NCBI GenBank assembly: GCA_964016885.1
Contig: OZ024741.1
Location: 313,348,001 to 313,412,000 of the forward strand
Reading direction: 5' to 3'
DNA from: Eledone cirrhosa
Lineage: Eukaryota
DNA: 64,000 bases
A program made the translations under genes and the position numbers. The notes under the pieces are model-generated. The model saw nothing but the letters and a program-made list of their open reading frames with translations, was not told where the DNA came from and made no database searches. Shown here piece by piece: positions 26,121 through 39,350 of this stretch (the first letter of the stretch is position 1; the number at the start of each line of letters is the position of its first letter).

Positions 26121-27537
26121 CAATGTCGGACTGGAACCTAACACCACATCTAGCATCAAACACCAGAGGCACACCTTATACTACATACCCAACACTAACT
26201 GATCTAATATAACACAAACAACGACATCCCTCTGGAACCCTTCGCAGGGAGGATACCCGTTTATACCTCTACGTCAGGTGTGACAACATCCACCCACTTG
26301 AACTACACTACACCGCTCTATAGGTAATTTAAGCATGAATTGATCGGTTTGATAGTGTTGTGCAGAGGAAGCACCTTCCTTAGACAGATGAAACACGATT
26401 TAATCTAGTAACGCTGTTGAGCAGTAGGACCAGGATGCTCAGCGCATTGCAACTGGCGTGTGGGTTGTACATATATGGATGATCTGGCGGTCAGAGAGGG
26501 GTCGCGAGGACTGCGGATTGACCTCTGACCGGCCTGGAGATGATTATCTTTCGACATCCAATGTAGCAAGCGATGACCCAGAACTTACCAGAGATCACTG
26601 GGTCCTGAAGCAATCCTGCAATCACCGCGCTCGGTCCTATTAGTAGACTACAACCACAGAGATCATTAATTTAGAATCCTCGCTCATCATCTATAATATC
26701 CATTTGTGGCCCCTTACGATGGGGGTTAATCCACCATAATAATATGAACACCTTCAGCATAACTTAAATAAACTACTCAATAGTTAATACACTTTATGCT
26801 TTAAACATTTTTTTGGGAGGATACGCATCACCATAGAAATTAGGGTCTACATTGTGACACATTTTAATAGCTAGGTATAGAAACCCCGGAGTTAACTCCC
26901 CTTAGCCACACACACACTTCCGGTTGGTATTCAATGGCGTTTCTCGCAACGTAACAGCCTCCTGTATTGAACTAATGAACACCAGACTACGATTCTCCGA
27001 CTCGATTGTCAAACGCTCAATATCGAATTGTCGTGGATTATGTGAGGGGCATATAATCGAAAAATACACTCCCCTGACAATGAAAATGTCGAAGTACATG
27101 AAATACTTGACATCCCTTCGCTATGCATCTCCAATTCTTTTAACACTTTTAATGCCTGCACTATTTTTAATGCTTATAACATTTCTCCACACACAGACTA
27201 TATCAATCATATAAAGAATTTGCCACCAGATCTACCAACCTAACACTCTTGTTTACCTACCTAAGTGCCTCTACCACACATATCTCTCTGCCACACTATA
27301 TAAACAAGACGCACATGCGTGCCACACATATAACATTTGCACTATATAACCGCTTATCTTCATGTATTTTAACCTGTATTTTTTGATTTTTGATTGTACC
27401 TCTTAATATGAATGTAATCTCGAAGTGTGTACTGCCACTCTAAATTCTGTAATGAATGTTGACCCACAATATTTGCATATGTATCGGTATGTCTCTTGGC
27501 TGAAAAGGAGGTCATATAACTGTCCATGCATTAATAA

Positions 27538-27590
27538 ATTGCTCCGAAGAATCCAAAACTCGGTTTGGAGGAAACAGCTGTAAGCACAAT
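27538..27590 (+). ncRNA. Type I hammerhead ribozyme, PLE-C pLTR
   Basis: tgct CCGAAGA a[tccaaa..tttgga]g GAAA CAGCTG TA agca; core carries U4>C. Confidence 0.7.
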
Positions 27591-27792
27591 AATGTTTTGA
27601 ACAGTTCTTTGATACTTATATTTCATATAACTGCTCTGTAAATCATCTGATGTTTTTACATTGAGCTACTTAACTTACTGGTAATAAGGTAGTAATACAT
27701 TACTGCCTACCACTATTTAGGGTGTATATAAAAAATACTTATAACTGCATAAGGTTTTGTATTTACATAACCATAAATAGTATAACTAATAC

Positions 27793-27845
<53 letters not shown>

Positions 27846-27848
<3 letters not shown>

Positions 27849-28034
27849 TAAACAGAATAGAAAATGCTGACAAATTGTTCACTGCTGAAAAATGGTTTAA
27901 TTAGGAATAAAAGAGTATTAGTGATTGTACGGGTTAGTATTCAGTTGTGGTTTTAAGTTTTTAAGTTTTTACCGGTTGCGCATTTCTAAATGCTTTTCAA
28001 AAATAATTTTGAGATAGAGTGTCCGTGTTGTTTG

Positions 28035-28035
<1 letters not shown>
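27846..28035 (+). mobile_element. Terminal fragment of the foldback element
   Basis: Matches the start of the left arm at ~52420-52600. Confidence 0.75.
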
Positions 28036-28090
<55 letters not shown>

Positions 28091-28614
28091 ATATATATAC
28101 ATATATAAACAGAAATATATTTATAATATATACCGCATATTCCGGTGTAAAATTTGATCCGCTGCATATCTCGACCCATCAAATTTTGTGGTACAAATCA
28201 GGTTTAGGCCTATATACGCCAGTTTAGACGACACCCCCGGTATAACGGTTTACCTTCTTCCCAGCCTTAGATATGTTTGCCGTTGTTTATTTGCATAAAA
28301 TAGAAAACATTAAAATAAACACTAAATAGTTGTAAAATAAAAATACACGTGAAGAAAGTACAAGTTGCAAAATTTATTTTTCAGTTAACAAAATTATTTA
28401 ACTGAACTGTTATATTAGTAAACAATATCCTACCGCACCGTGACTTGATACGCGGGAATTTTAAAAGCCTAACTATTCCTTATCCTAAATATTACTTATC
28501 CAGCTTAGATGGCGATATATATTAACTTTCGACCTGTTATGTTTCGTGAGGAAATTACAGTTTTTTTCCGATAATTTAGATAATTCAGTGAATCAGTATA
28601 CTATTAATACTAAT

Positions 28615-29750
28615 AGGAATCGCTTTTGAGGACAATGCAAGCTATGTACAGGGGTGTTGTCAGTAAAGTGACACTATAAATGGAGTTTAGTGAGGAATTT
28701 CAGATACAAGTAGGTGTGCATAAAGGTTCGCTCCTCAGCCAATCTTATTCATTATAGTCCTCCAAGCCATAACTGAGGAATTTAAGACTGGCTGCCCATG
28801 GGAACTTCTCGATGCTGATGATCTGGTTCTTATAGCAGATTCACTAGAGGAGCAAGAGAATAAATTCTGGCTATGGAAACAGCAGTTGGAATCAAGAGGC
28901 CTGAGAGTGAAGATAGGTACATCAAACGTGTTGATAAGTAGAAGAGAGGACAATGCTCTGATTCCATCGGAGAATTGGACATTTTAGTTATATAGGAAAG
29001 GAACTGGCATACATTCCATAAAATTTACGCAATGTTGATCTTGTAGACACAAGAGATGTAGTGGGATATCATGCTAACTAAGAGGTAGGGAAAATTTCGT
29101 ATGCAATAGAGGTACAGGGCACGATGGCAGTAGTAATCGCTGTGATATACTCATTTTTCCAATGCAGGTGGGTTCTAGAGAAGAGGTTGATAGCTTCCGG
29201 AACCTAGGTGATCAGATAAGCATCGGAGTAGGGTGTTCCGCGTGCATAGTATCTAGAATAAGGACGGTTTGGAAGAAGTTTATGGAGCTGCTTCTTCTTT
29301 TGTCAAAGGCGCGTTTCTCCCTGCGTAGAAAATGACGGTTATATGATACCTGTGTGAGATGCGAGGATGCTGCATTGTAGTTAGAAATGGACAGCAACTG
29401 CTGAAGATATGCGATGGCTGGAGAGAAATGAAGCAAGTATGCAAAGTTTGAGGTGCAATTTTAATGTGTGTGAAAGACCAAGCATAGACGAGTTGAAAAG
29501 TAAACTGGGTATAAGGGGGATAAGTTGTGGTGTGAGAAGATAAGGCTGAGATGGTATGGACATATGATGTGCATGGAAGTGCCAGGAAGTCCAAGTGGAT
29601 GGAAGACACAGTAGAGGTAGACCACGAAAACATGGGCGGCGCTGGTGAAACTCATCGAGGAGACGACAAAGGATCGTGGCAAGTGGGGAGATGCTGTGCT
29701 GAATAGGACCCGTCCCACCGCAGAGTAAAGCGGGCGGAAAAGTGATAATA
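28615..29750 (+). mobile_element. RTE-clade LINE 3' fragment (unit A)
   Basis: QVGVH-GS-LS, CPWELL-ADDLVLI, SRGRPRK; decayed. Confidence 0.85.
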
Positions 29751-30171
29751 AATAAAAATGATTGTGAAGAGAGTACAATTTGCCAAATATACTTTTCAGT
29801 TAACAAAATGCTTTAACTGAACAGTTTTAATAGTAAACAACATGCTACCACACCATCACTTGATACGCGGTAAATTTAAAACCTAAATATTCCTTATCCA
29901 ATGTGTATCATTATTACGTGCCGATATGATTTTACATTCGACCTGCTTTGTTTCGTGGGGAAATTACCGTATATTTTCCGATAGTTTAGATAATTCAGTG
30001 AATCATTATACCATTCATATTATAACTATGATATTCATGATAATATTATAGATATAAATATGTGTATATATGTATGTATGTATGAATTAATGTATGTATG
30101 TGTGTGTGTATGTGTGTATGTATGCATTTATATATATATACAGTATATTATAAATATATATATATATATAT

Positions 30172-32523
30172 AAATACACGTCAGTATGGATTTATACGAA
30201 CTGGATTACACCCTGAAGTACATTCCAACTCACTCCAACCATGCTCACCAAAGGCTCCTCCCACAAAAAGCGCAAGATGTCGTCGGACGCTTAAGATGCC
30301 GAGCCCTAGCTTTTGAAGGCAAAATTACAGGCACCAAGAACAGCTACAACCTGAAATCAAGAGCCTACCCTCCTAAGGTATCTGAACTTGCTCCTTTCGA
30401 GACGGACCTTCTTGCCTTAGTCGCTAACATTTCCTTTCGCAAACACACTAACACCTTTCAAACTAAACTCAGAAATGATATAAAGTAATTTAGGTCTTCT
30501 AATAACACCTTCATTCTTTCCGACAAAACTAATAATATATACGAAGTCGACAAGACCACTTTGCGCCACCTGGCCCATAACGCTATTACTTCTAAATATA
30601 AAAAAATCTAACCCTATGGCCTACCACGACATTAATACAGAATCCAGGGGACTTGCTGCCGACCTTAAATTAAATAAGAAGCTACAATCTCTAGCTAAGC
30701 GGGAGGCGTTCCTCATCCTGAAAGATCACAAGGTAGCTTTTTACATCTAACCCCACATGTAGACTAATAAACCCGGCACGCACAGATATGGGACTAGTCA
30801 GTAAGGCCATACGTAGAAACATAGTTAAGACCATTAGGACCAAGTCCAGCCTTCCCCAGTGGGAGAACAGCGACTCCGTAATTAAGTGGTTTAACCTCTT
30901 AAAATCCAAAAAAGCGAAGTTCACACAGTTTGACACTGTCGATTTTATCCGTCGATCTCAGAGACCCTGTTAAACAAAGCGTTGGACTTCGCTACCACTT
31001 ATACCACTGTAGATGGTTTAGACAGGGAAAACGTGGCTCACTGCCGGAAAACCTTCCTCTTCGACGACGGAATAGCCTGGGCAAAGAAGTCTACAACTTC
31101 AGACCTATTCAACGACTCCATGGGATCGTTTGACAGTGCTGACGTATGTGAATCGGTTGGCATATTTATCACAGACATATTACGTGTCAGATTCCCGGAC
31201 TTCCACACGGGAATATACGGCGACGATGGACTGATTTTATCGTTCCATAAAAGTGGTCACGACTTCGACCGGTTTAAAAAAGACTTAGCTTCTACCTTCA
31301 ATGAATTAGAACTTAGAATAACAGTAGCCACCAAGCTCTCTAGCGTAGATTTCTTAGACGTTAATTTAGACCTTCGCACACACACCCACATACCCTTCCA
31401 TAAATTAAACGAGAAACTCAATTACATTCACAAGGACTGATGCCACCCTCCCACTGTTTTTAGAAACTTCGTTTAGAATATCAGTACTAGAATCTCAAAC
31501 CTCTCCTCTAATAAGGCTATCTTTGACAGGGCGGCACCCTACTATAACAGGGCGTTGGTTAACAGCGGGTTCTCACACCCTATCACCTACTCTCCCACTA
31601 GCAACAATACCATTCAGAAAAGTAAGCGCAACAATAGACAAAATACGTGGTTCTCTCCTCCTGTCTCACTCAACGTTAAAACCAATGAAGGAAAAAAGAT
31701 GTCTGGCCCTCTTAGATAGACACTTTCCCATAGGTCATAAATACCGCTCCATCCTTAACCGACACAAAGTTAAACTAGGATACTCATACACTAAGATCAT
31801 GAAGGCCCACATCACCAGCAGACCTAGCAAAAACACCCCACCACGGTGCTCTTGCCGTAAGCACGAAGCTTACCTCATTCAACAGTAATGCAACACACCA
31901 GTTATAATTTATGAAGCTGTGGTCACATCCAACCGACCAAACGAACCACAGGATGTCAAATCCTATGTGGGCATGGCGGGAGGCCGATTTAAGGAAGTTT
32001 CCTGAACCACCAGTCTACCTTAAGGTACACGGACATACATCCACGAAACTCGTGAGCAACGTATGGTCCCTCAAGGACTCAAGTATAGACTACTCCATCC
32101 AATGGAAGGCCATAACTATGTCTAAGCCATACGCAAGGGGAAATCCGACGTGTGGCTTATGTATTGACGAACGAATAACTATTCTAAAGAGATTACGCAA
32201 TAGTGATTGCCTAAACACGAGAAATGAATTTTTCACACGTGGTCCACACGTCGCCAAACACCTCTTGAATAACTACAAATCTCTGGACTGATTCCTTGTA
32301 ATTTTATTTTCAACTAACATTTTTCGGACTTTCACAGTTATCTCCCTTACGCGTCTCGCACGCATCTAGCATTGCCTCTGTGAGGTGACCGGATGTCTGC
32401 GCATGCGCGTTCGTACGGTTGTCCTTCCTGTTCCTATAACCATGCCCATTACGAGCTGAGGATCTGCTAGGGTGAAACAATTGTTCTCGGTATGGTAAAC
32501 TAACTGTTGTGTAAATACCACTT
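30172..32523 (+). mobile_element. Naiad-like PLE-B (unit A)
   Basis: From MDLYELDYTLKYIP through RT, CSCRK, GIY-YIG, CGLC to pLTR; flanked by (TA)n; disrupted. Confidence 0.92.
32439..32496 (+). ncRNA. Minimal type I hammerhead ribozyme, PLE-B
   Basis: accatgcc..cgag CTGAGGA tctgctagggt GAAA CAATTG TT ctcg gtatggt. Confidence 0.75.
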
Positions 32524-32633
32524 ATATATATTTATATATATATATATATATATATAACGAAGGAAAAGTAGTAAGGAACCAGGTGGACCATAACGCACCA
32601 AAGTACTCAATACTTGAGGTAGTAGAGTGGGTA

Positions 32634-32742
32634 ATAGGAACCAGTAAGACCCCGACAGCTGAGCTCAAGCCGTTTCGACGGCTAATTCAGCTGAATTAGC
32701 CGTCGAAACGGCTTGAGCTCAGCTGTCGGGGTCTTACTGGTT

Positions 32743-32747
<5 letters not shown>
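32634..32747. repeat. Perfect 114-bp loopless palindrome in a short pLTR-like insert (~32557-32747)
   Basis: 57-bp arms centred at cag|ctg (32690/32691), no mismatches. Confidence 0.95.
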
Positions 32748-32791
<44 letters not shown>

Positions 32792-33238
32792 ATGTGTGTG
32801 TGTGTGTGTATGTGTGTGTGTGTACGTATTTGTGAGAGTATGTATGTAAATATGTAATTATATCTATACAGTATATACTATATATATATTTGTGTGTATG
32901 TGTGTGTGTCTGTGTGTGTTTTATTTAAATGTAAGAATGTCAAAAATACATATCGCAGTAATAACGGCTAGAATATGTTAATATTTGGAAGGATTATAGA
33001 TAATATTTTTCTTAGAATATTGTATGTTACTTTCATAATGTTATTAACATTGCATTTAATTGAACTAAAAAACGAAGTATTTTTTATAAACGATCGATAT
33101 GATATTCAATAAATCTACAACTTCATTTCTTTAACAAAAGATCACTTTAATCTTGAAATTTAATATAAAATTGTATCATTGATATATGTATGTAATTAAT
33201 GATATCTTCAACATTATCATATATATTGATAATTTTAG

Positions 33239-33373
33239 AATGCCCAGCAGGAAGGTTTGGTGTTGATTGTAATGGGATCTGCCATTGTATCTACAACAGG
33301 CACTGTGACAAGCAAAATGGAAGATGTTCACATGGATGTTCTCCAGGTTATAGTGGTTTCAATTGCCAAGAAG
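33239..33373 (+). CDS. EGF-like repeat exon 6 (intact)
   Basis: AG/GT intact; [45 protein letters not shown]. Confidence 0.8.
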
Positions 33374-33459
33374 GTATCTTATATAATTGTTACGTAATTA
33401 TTATACACACGCACACACACATACACAGACCCACAGATACACAGATACACACATATACA

Positions 33460-33552
<93 letters not shown>

Positions 33553-34084
33553 GTATATATATATTTATACATATATAAACAGAAATAAATTTATAATATA
33601 TACCGTATATGCCGGTGTAAAATTGTGACCCGCTGCATATCTCGACCCATCAAATTTTGTGGTACAAATCAGGTTTAGGCCTATATACGCCAGTTTAGAC
33701 GACACCCCTGGTATAAGGGTTTACCTTCTTCCCAGTCTTAGATATGTTTGCCGTTGTTTAGTTGCATCAAATAGAAAACATTAAAATAAACACTAAATAG
33801 TTGTAAAATAAAAATACACGTGAAGAAAGTACAAGTTGCAAAATTTATTTTTCAGTTAACAAAATTATTTAACTGAACTGTTATATTAGTAAACAATATT
33901 CTACCGCACCGTGACTTGATACGCGGGAATTTTAAAAGCCTAAATATTCCTTATCCTAAATATTAATTATCCAGCTTAGATGGCGATATATATTTACTTT
34001 CGACCTGTTATGTTTCGTGAGGAAATTACAGTAGTTTTCCGATAATTTAGATAATTCAGTGAATCAGTATACTATTAATACTAA

Positions 34085-35245
34085 TAGGAATCGCTTTTGA
34101 GGACAATGCAAGCTATGTACAGGGGTCCTGTCGGTAAAGTGACAATAGAAATGGAGTTTAGTGAGGAATTTCAGATACATGTAGGTGTGCATAAAGATTA
34201 GCTCCTCAGCCAATCTTATTCATTATAGTCCTCCAAGCCATAACTGAGAAGTTTAAGACTGGCTGCCCATGGGAACTTCTAAATGCTGATGATCTGGTTC
34301 TTATAGCAGATTCAGTAGAGGAACTAGAGAATAAATTCTGGCTATGGAAACAGCAGTTGGAATCAAGAGGCCTGAGAGTGAAGATAGGTAAATCAAAAGT
34401 GTTGATAAGTAGAAGAGAGGACAATGCTCTGATTCCATCGGAGAATTGGCCATTTTAGATATATAGGAAAGTAACTGGCATAAATTCCATAAAATTTACG
34501 CAATGTTGATCTTGGAGACACAAGAGATGTAGTGGGATATCAGGCTAACTAAGAGGTCGGGAAAATTACGTATGCAATAGAGGTACAGGGCACGATGGCA
34601 GTAGTAATCGCTGTGATACAATCATTTCTCCAATGCAGGTGGGTTCTAGAGAAGAGGTTGATAGCTTCCTGAACCTAGGTAATCAGATAAGCATGGGAGT
34701 AGGGTGTTCCGCGTCCATAGTATCTAGAATAAGGACGGTTTGGAAGAAGTTTATGGAGCTGCTTCTTCTTTTGTCAAAGGCGCGTTTCTCCCTGCATAGA
34801 AAATGACGGTCATATGATACCTGTGTGAGATGCGAGGATGCTGCATTATAGTTAGAAATGGACAGAAACTGCTGAAGATATGCGACGGCTGGAGAGAAAT
34901 GAAGCAAGTATGCAAAGTTCGAGGTGCAATTTTAATGTGTGTGAACGACCAAGCATATACGAGTTTAAAAGGAAACTGGGTATAAGTGGGATAAGTTGTG
35001 GTGTCAAGAGATAAGGCTGAGATGGTATGGACATATGATGTGCATGGAGGATGAGCGCTGAGTAAAGAAGTGCCAGGAAGTCCAAGTGGAGGGAAGACAC
35101 AGTAGAGGTAGACCACGAAAGACATGGGCGGCGCTGGTGAAACTCACCGAGGAGATGACAAAGGATCGTGACAAGTGGGGAAATTTCTGTGCTGAATAGG
35201 ACCCGTCCCACCGCAGGGTAAAGCGGGCGGAAAAGTGATAATAAA
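34085..35245 (+). mobile_element. RTE-clade LINE 3' fragment (unit B)
   Basis: Paralog of 28615-29750 with the same junctions. Confidence 0.85.
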
Positions 35246-35658
35246 TAAAAATGATTGTAAAGAGAGTACAATTTGCCAAATATACATTTCAGTTAACAAA
35301 ATGCTTTAACTGAACAGATTTATTAGTAAACAACATGCTACCACACCATCACTTGATACGCGGTAAATTTAAAACCTAAATATTCCTTATCCAATATGTA
35401 TCATTATTACGTGGCGATATGATTTTACTTTCGACATACTTTGTTTCGTGGGGAAATTACCGCATATTTTCCGATAGTTTAGATAATTCAGTGAATCATT
35501 ATACCATTCATATTATAACTATGATATTCATGATAATATTATAGATATAAATATGTGTATATATGTATGTATGTATTTATGTATGTATGTGTGTGCGTAT
35601 GTGTGTATGTATACATTTATATATATACAGTTTATTATAAATATATATATATATATAT

Positions 35659-38009
35659 AAATACACGTCAGTATGGATTTATACGAACTGGATTACACCC
35701 TGAAGTACATTCCAACTCACCCCAACCATGCTCACCAAAGGCTCCTCCCACAAAAAGCGCAATATATCGTCGGACGCTTAAGATGCCGAGCCCTAGCTTT
35801 TGACGGCACAATTACAGGCACCAAGAACAGCTACAACCTGAAATCAAGAGCCTACCCTCCTAAGGTATCTGAACTTGCTCCTTTCGAGACGGACCTTCTT
35901 GCCTTAGTCGCTAACATTTCCTTTCGCAAACACACTAACACCTTTCAAACTAAACTCAGAAATGATATAAAGTAATTTAGGTCTTCTAATAACACCTTCA
36001 TTATTTCCGACAAAACTAATAATATATACGAAGTCGACAACACCACTTTGCGCCACCTGGCCCATAACGCTATTACTTCTAAATATAAAAAAATCTAACC
36101 CTATGGCCTACCACGACATTAATACAGAATCCAGGGGACTTGCTGCCGACCTTAAATTAAATAAGAAGCTACAATCTCTAGCTAAGCGGGAGGCGTTCCT
36201 CATCCTGAAAGATCACAATGTAGCTTTTACTTCTAACCCCACATGTAGACTAATAAACCCGGCACGCACAGATATGGGACTAGTCAGTAAGGCCATACAT
36301 AGAAACATAGTTAAGACCATTAGGACCAAGTCCAACCTGCCCCAGTGGGAGAACAGCGACTCCGTAATTAAGTGGTTTAACTCCTTAAAATCCCAAAAAG
36401 CGAAGTTCACACAGTTTGACATTGTCGATTTTTAAACGTCGATTTTAGAGACCCTGTTAAACAAAGCGTTGGACTTCGCTACCAATTATACCACCGTAGA
36501 TGGTTTAGACAGGGAAAACGTGGCTCACTGCCGGAAAACCTTCCTCTTCAACGACGGAATAGCCTGGGCAAAGAAGTCTACAACTTCAGACCTATTCAAC
36601 GACTTCATGGGATCGTTTGACAGTGCTGACGTATGTGAATTGGTTGACATATTTATCTCAGACATATTACGTGTTAGATTCCCGGACTTCCACACGGGAA
36701 TATACCGCGACGATGGACTGATTTTATCGATCCATAAAGGTGGCCACGACTTCGACCGGTTTGAAAAAGACTTAGCTTCTACCTTCAATGAATTAGAACT
36801 TAGAATAACAGTAGCCACCAAGCTCTCTAGCGTAGATTTCTTAGACGTTAATTTAGACCTTCGCACACACACCCACAGACCCTTCCATAAATTAAACGAG
36901 AAACTCAATTACATTCACAAGGACTCATGCCACCCTCCCACTGTTTTTAGAAACTTCGTTAAGAATATCAGTAATAGAATCTCAAACCTCTCCTCTAATA
37001 AGGATATCTTTGACAGGGCGGCACCCTACTATAACAGGGCGTTGGTTAACAGCGGGTTCTCACACCCTATCACCTACTCTCCCACTAGCAAGAATACCAT
37101 TCAGAAAAGTAAGCGCAACAATAGACAAAATACGTGGTTCTCTCCTCCCGTCTCACTCAACGTTAAAACCAATGAAGGAAAAAAGATGTCTAGGCCTCTT
37201 AAATAGACACTTTCCCATAGGTCATAAATACCGCTCCATCCTTAATCGACACAAAGTTAAACTAAGATACTCCTACACTAAGATCATGAAGGCCCACATC
37301 ACCAGCAGCCCTAGCAAAAACACCCCACCAGGGTGCTCTTGCCGTAAGCACGAAGCTTGCCTCCTTCAACAGCAATGCAACACACCAGCTATAATTTATG
37401 AAGCTGTGGTCACTTCCAACCGACTAAACGAACCACAGGATCTCAAATACTATGTGGGCATGGCGGGAGGCCGATTTAAGGAAGTTTCCTGAACCACCAG
37501 TCTACCTTAAGGTACCCGGACATACATCCACGAAACTCGTGAGCAACGTATGGTCCCTCAAGGACTCAAGTATAGACTACTCCATCCAATGGAAGGCCAT
37601 AACTATGTCTAAGCCATACGCAAGGGGAAACCCGACGCGTGGCTTATGTATTGACGAACGAATAACTATTCTAAAGAGATTACGCAATAGTGATGGCCTA
37701 AACACGAGAAATGAATTTTTCACACGTGGTCCACACGTCGCCAAACACCTCTTGAATAACTACAAATCTCCGGACTGATTCCTCGTAATTTTATTTTCAA
37801 CTAACATTTTTCGGACTTTCACAGTTATCTCCCTTACGCGTCTCGCACGCATCTAGCATTGCCTCTGTGAGGTGACCGGATGTATGCGCATGCGCGTTCG
37901 TACGGTTGTCCTTCCTGTTCCTATAACCATGCCCATTACGAGCTGAGGATCTGCTAGGGTGAAACAATTGTTCTCGGTATGGTAAACTAACTGTTGTGTA
38001 AACACCACT

Positions 38010-38010
<1 letters not shown>
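35659..38010 (+). mobile_element. Naiad-like PLE-B (unit B)
   Basis: ORFs 35673..35975, 36103..36435, 36469..37206, 37010..37492, 37452..37778; GIYRDD. Confidence 0.92.
37926..37983 (+). ncRNA. Minimal type I hammerhead ribozyme, PLE-B
   Basis: Same sequence as 32439-32496. Confidence 0.75.
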
Positions 38011-38097
<87 letters not shown>

Positions 38098-38498
38098 AGT
38101 ATGTTTGTAAATATGTGATTATATCTATACAGTATATACTATATATATATTTGTGTGTATGTGTGTGTGTATGTGTGTGTTTTATTTAAATGTAAGAATG
38201 TCGCAAATACATATCGCAGTAATAACTGCTAGAATATGTTAATATTTGGAAGGATTATAGATAATATTTTTCTTATAATATTGTATGTTACTTTCATAAT
38301 GTTATTAACATTGCATTTAATTGAACTAAAAAAACAAGTATTTTTATGAAGGATCGATATGATATTCAACAAATCTACAACTTCATTTCTTTAACACAAG
38401 ATCACTTTAATCTTGAAATTTAATATAAAATTGTATCATTGTTATATGTATGTAATTAATGATATCTTCAACATTATCATATATATTGATAATTTTAG

Positions 38499-38633
38499 GA
38501 TGCCCAGTAGGAAGGTTTGGTGTTGATTGTAATGGGATCTGCCATTGTATCTACAACAGGCACTGTTACAGGGAAGATGGAAGATGTGCAGATGGATGTG
38601 CTGCAGGTTATACTGGTTTCAATTGCCAAGAAG
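38499..38633 (+). CDS. EGF-like repeat exon 7 (intact)
   Basis: AG/GT intact; [45 protein letters not shown]. Confidence 0.8.
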
Positions 38634-38721
38634 GTATCTTATATAATTGTTACGTAATTATTATACACACGCACACACACATACACAGACCCACAGATAC
38701 ACAGATACACACATATATATA

Positions 38722-38841
<120 letters not shown>

Positions 38842-39350
38842 TAAACAGAAATAAATTTATAATATATACCGTATATGCCGGTGTAAAATTGTGATCCGCT
38901 GCATATCTCGACCCATCAAATTTTGTGGTACAAATCAGATTTAGACCTATATACGCCAGTTTAGACGACACCCCTGGTATAAGGGTTTACCTTCTTCCCA
39001 GTCTTAGATATGTTTGCCGTTGTTTATTTGCATCAAATAGAAAACATTAAAATAAACACTAAATAGTTGTAAAATAAAAATACACGTAAAAAAAGTACAA
39101 GTTGCAAAATTTATTTTTCAGTTAACAAAATTATTTAACTGAACTGTTTTATTAGTAAACAATATTCTACCGCACCGTGACTTGATACGCGGGAATTTTA
39201 AAAGCCTAAATATTCCTTATCCTAAATATTACTTATCCAGCTTAGATGGCGATATATATTTACTTTCGACCTGTTATGTTTCGTGAGGAAATTACAGTAG
39301 TTTTCCGATAATTTACATAATTCAGTGAATCAGTATACTATTAATACTAA

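Larger units (their letters stand above)
23534..27795 (+). mobile_element. Full-length Naiad-like PLE-C in (TA)n
   Basis: ~80-bp direct repeat at both ends (~23537-23617, ~27714-27794); RT+GIY-YIG ORF; ~1.6-kb 3' region with hammerhead; absent from the sister units. Confidence 0.92.

Noticed and set aside
26388-26420. SECIS-like ATGA..AA..GA in the PLE-C 3' region (some Naiads encode selenoproteins)
   Set aside because: Spacing is short, the stem is poor, and the ORF has no in-frame TGA at Cys positions.
28735-29806. Recurrent minus-strand ORFs in each unit (MSSLLLINTF.., MLHFSPA..)
   Set aside because: Antisense shadows of the duplicated RTE fragment.
31438-31440. In-frame TGA in PLE-B (also TGA at 16050 and in exon 9) as selenocysteine
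   Set aside because: Paralogs have Ser (TCA) or Arg codons at these positions; ordinary nonsense mutations in single copies.
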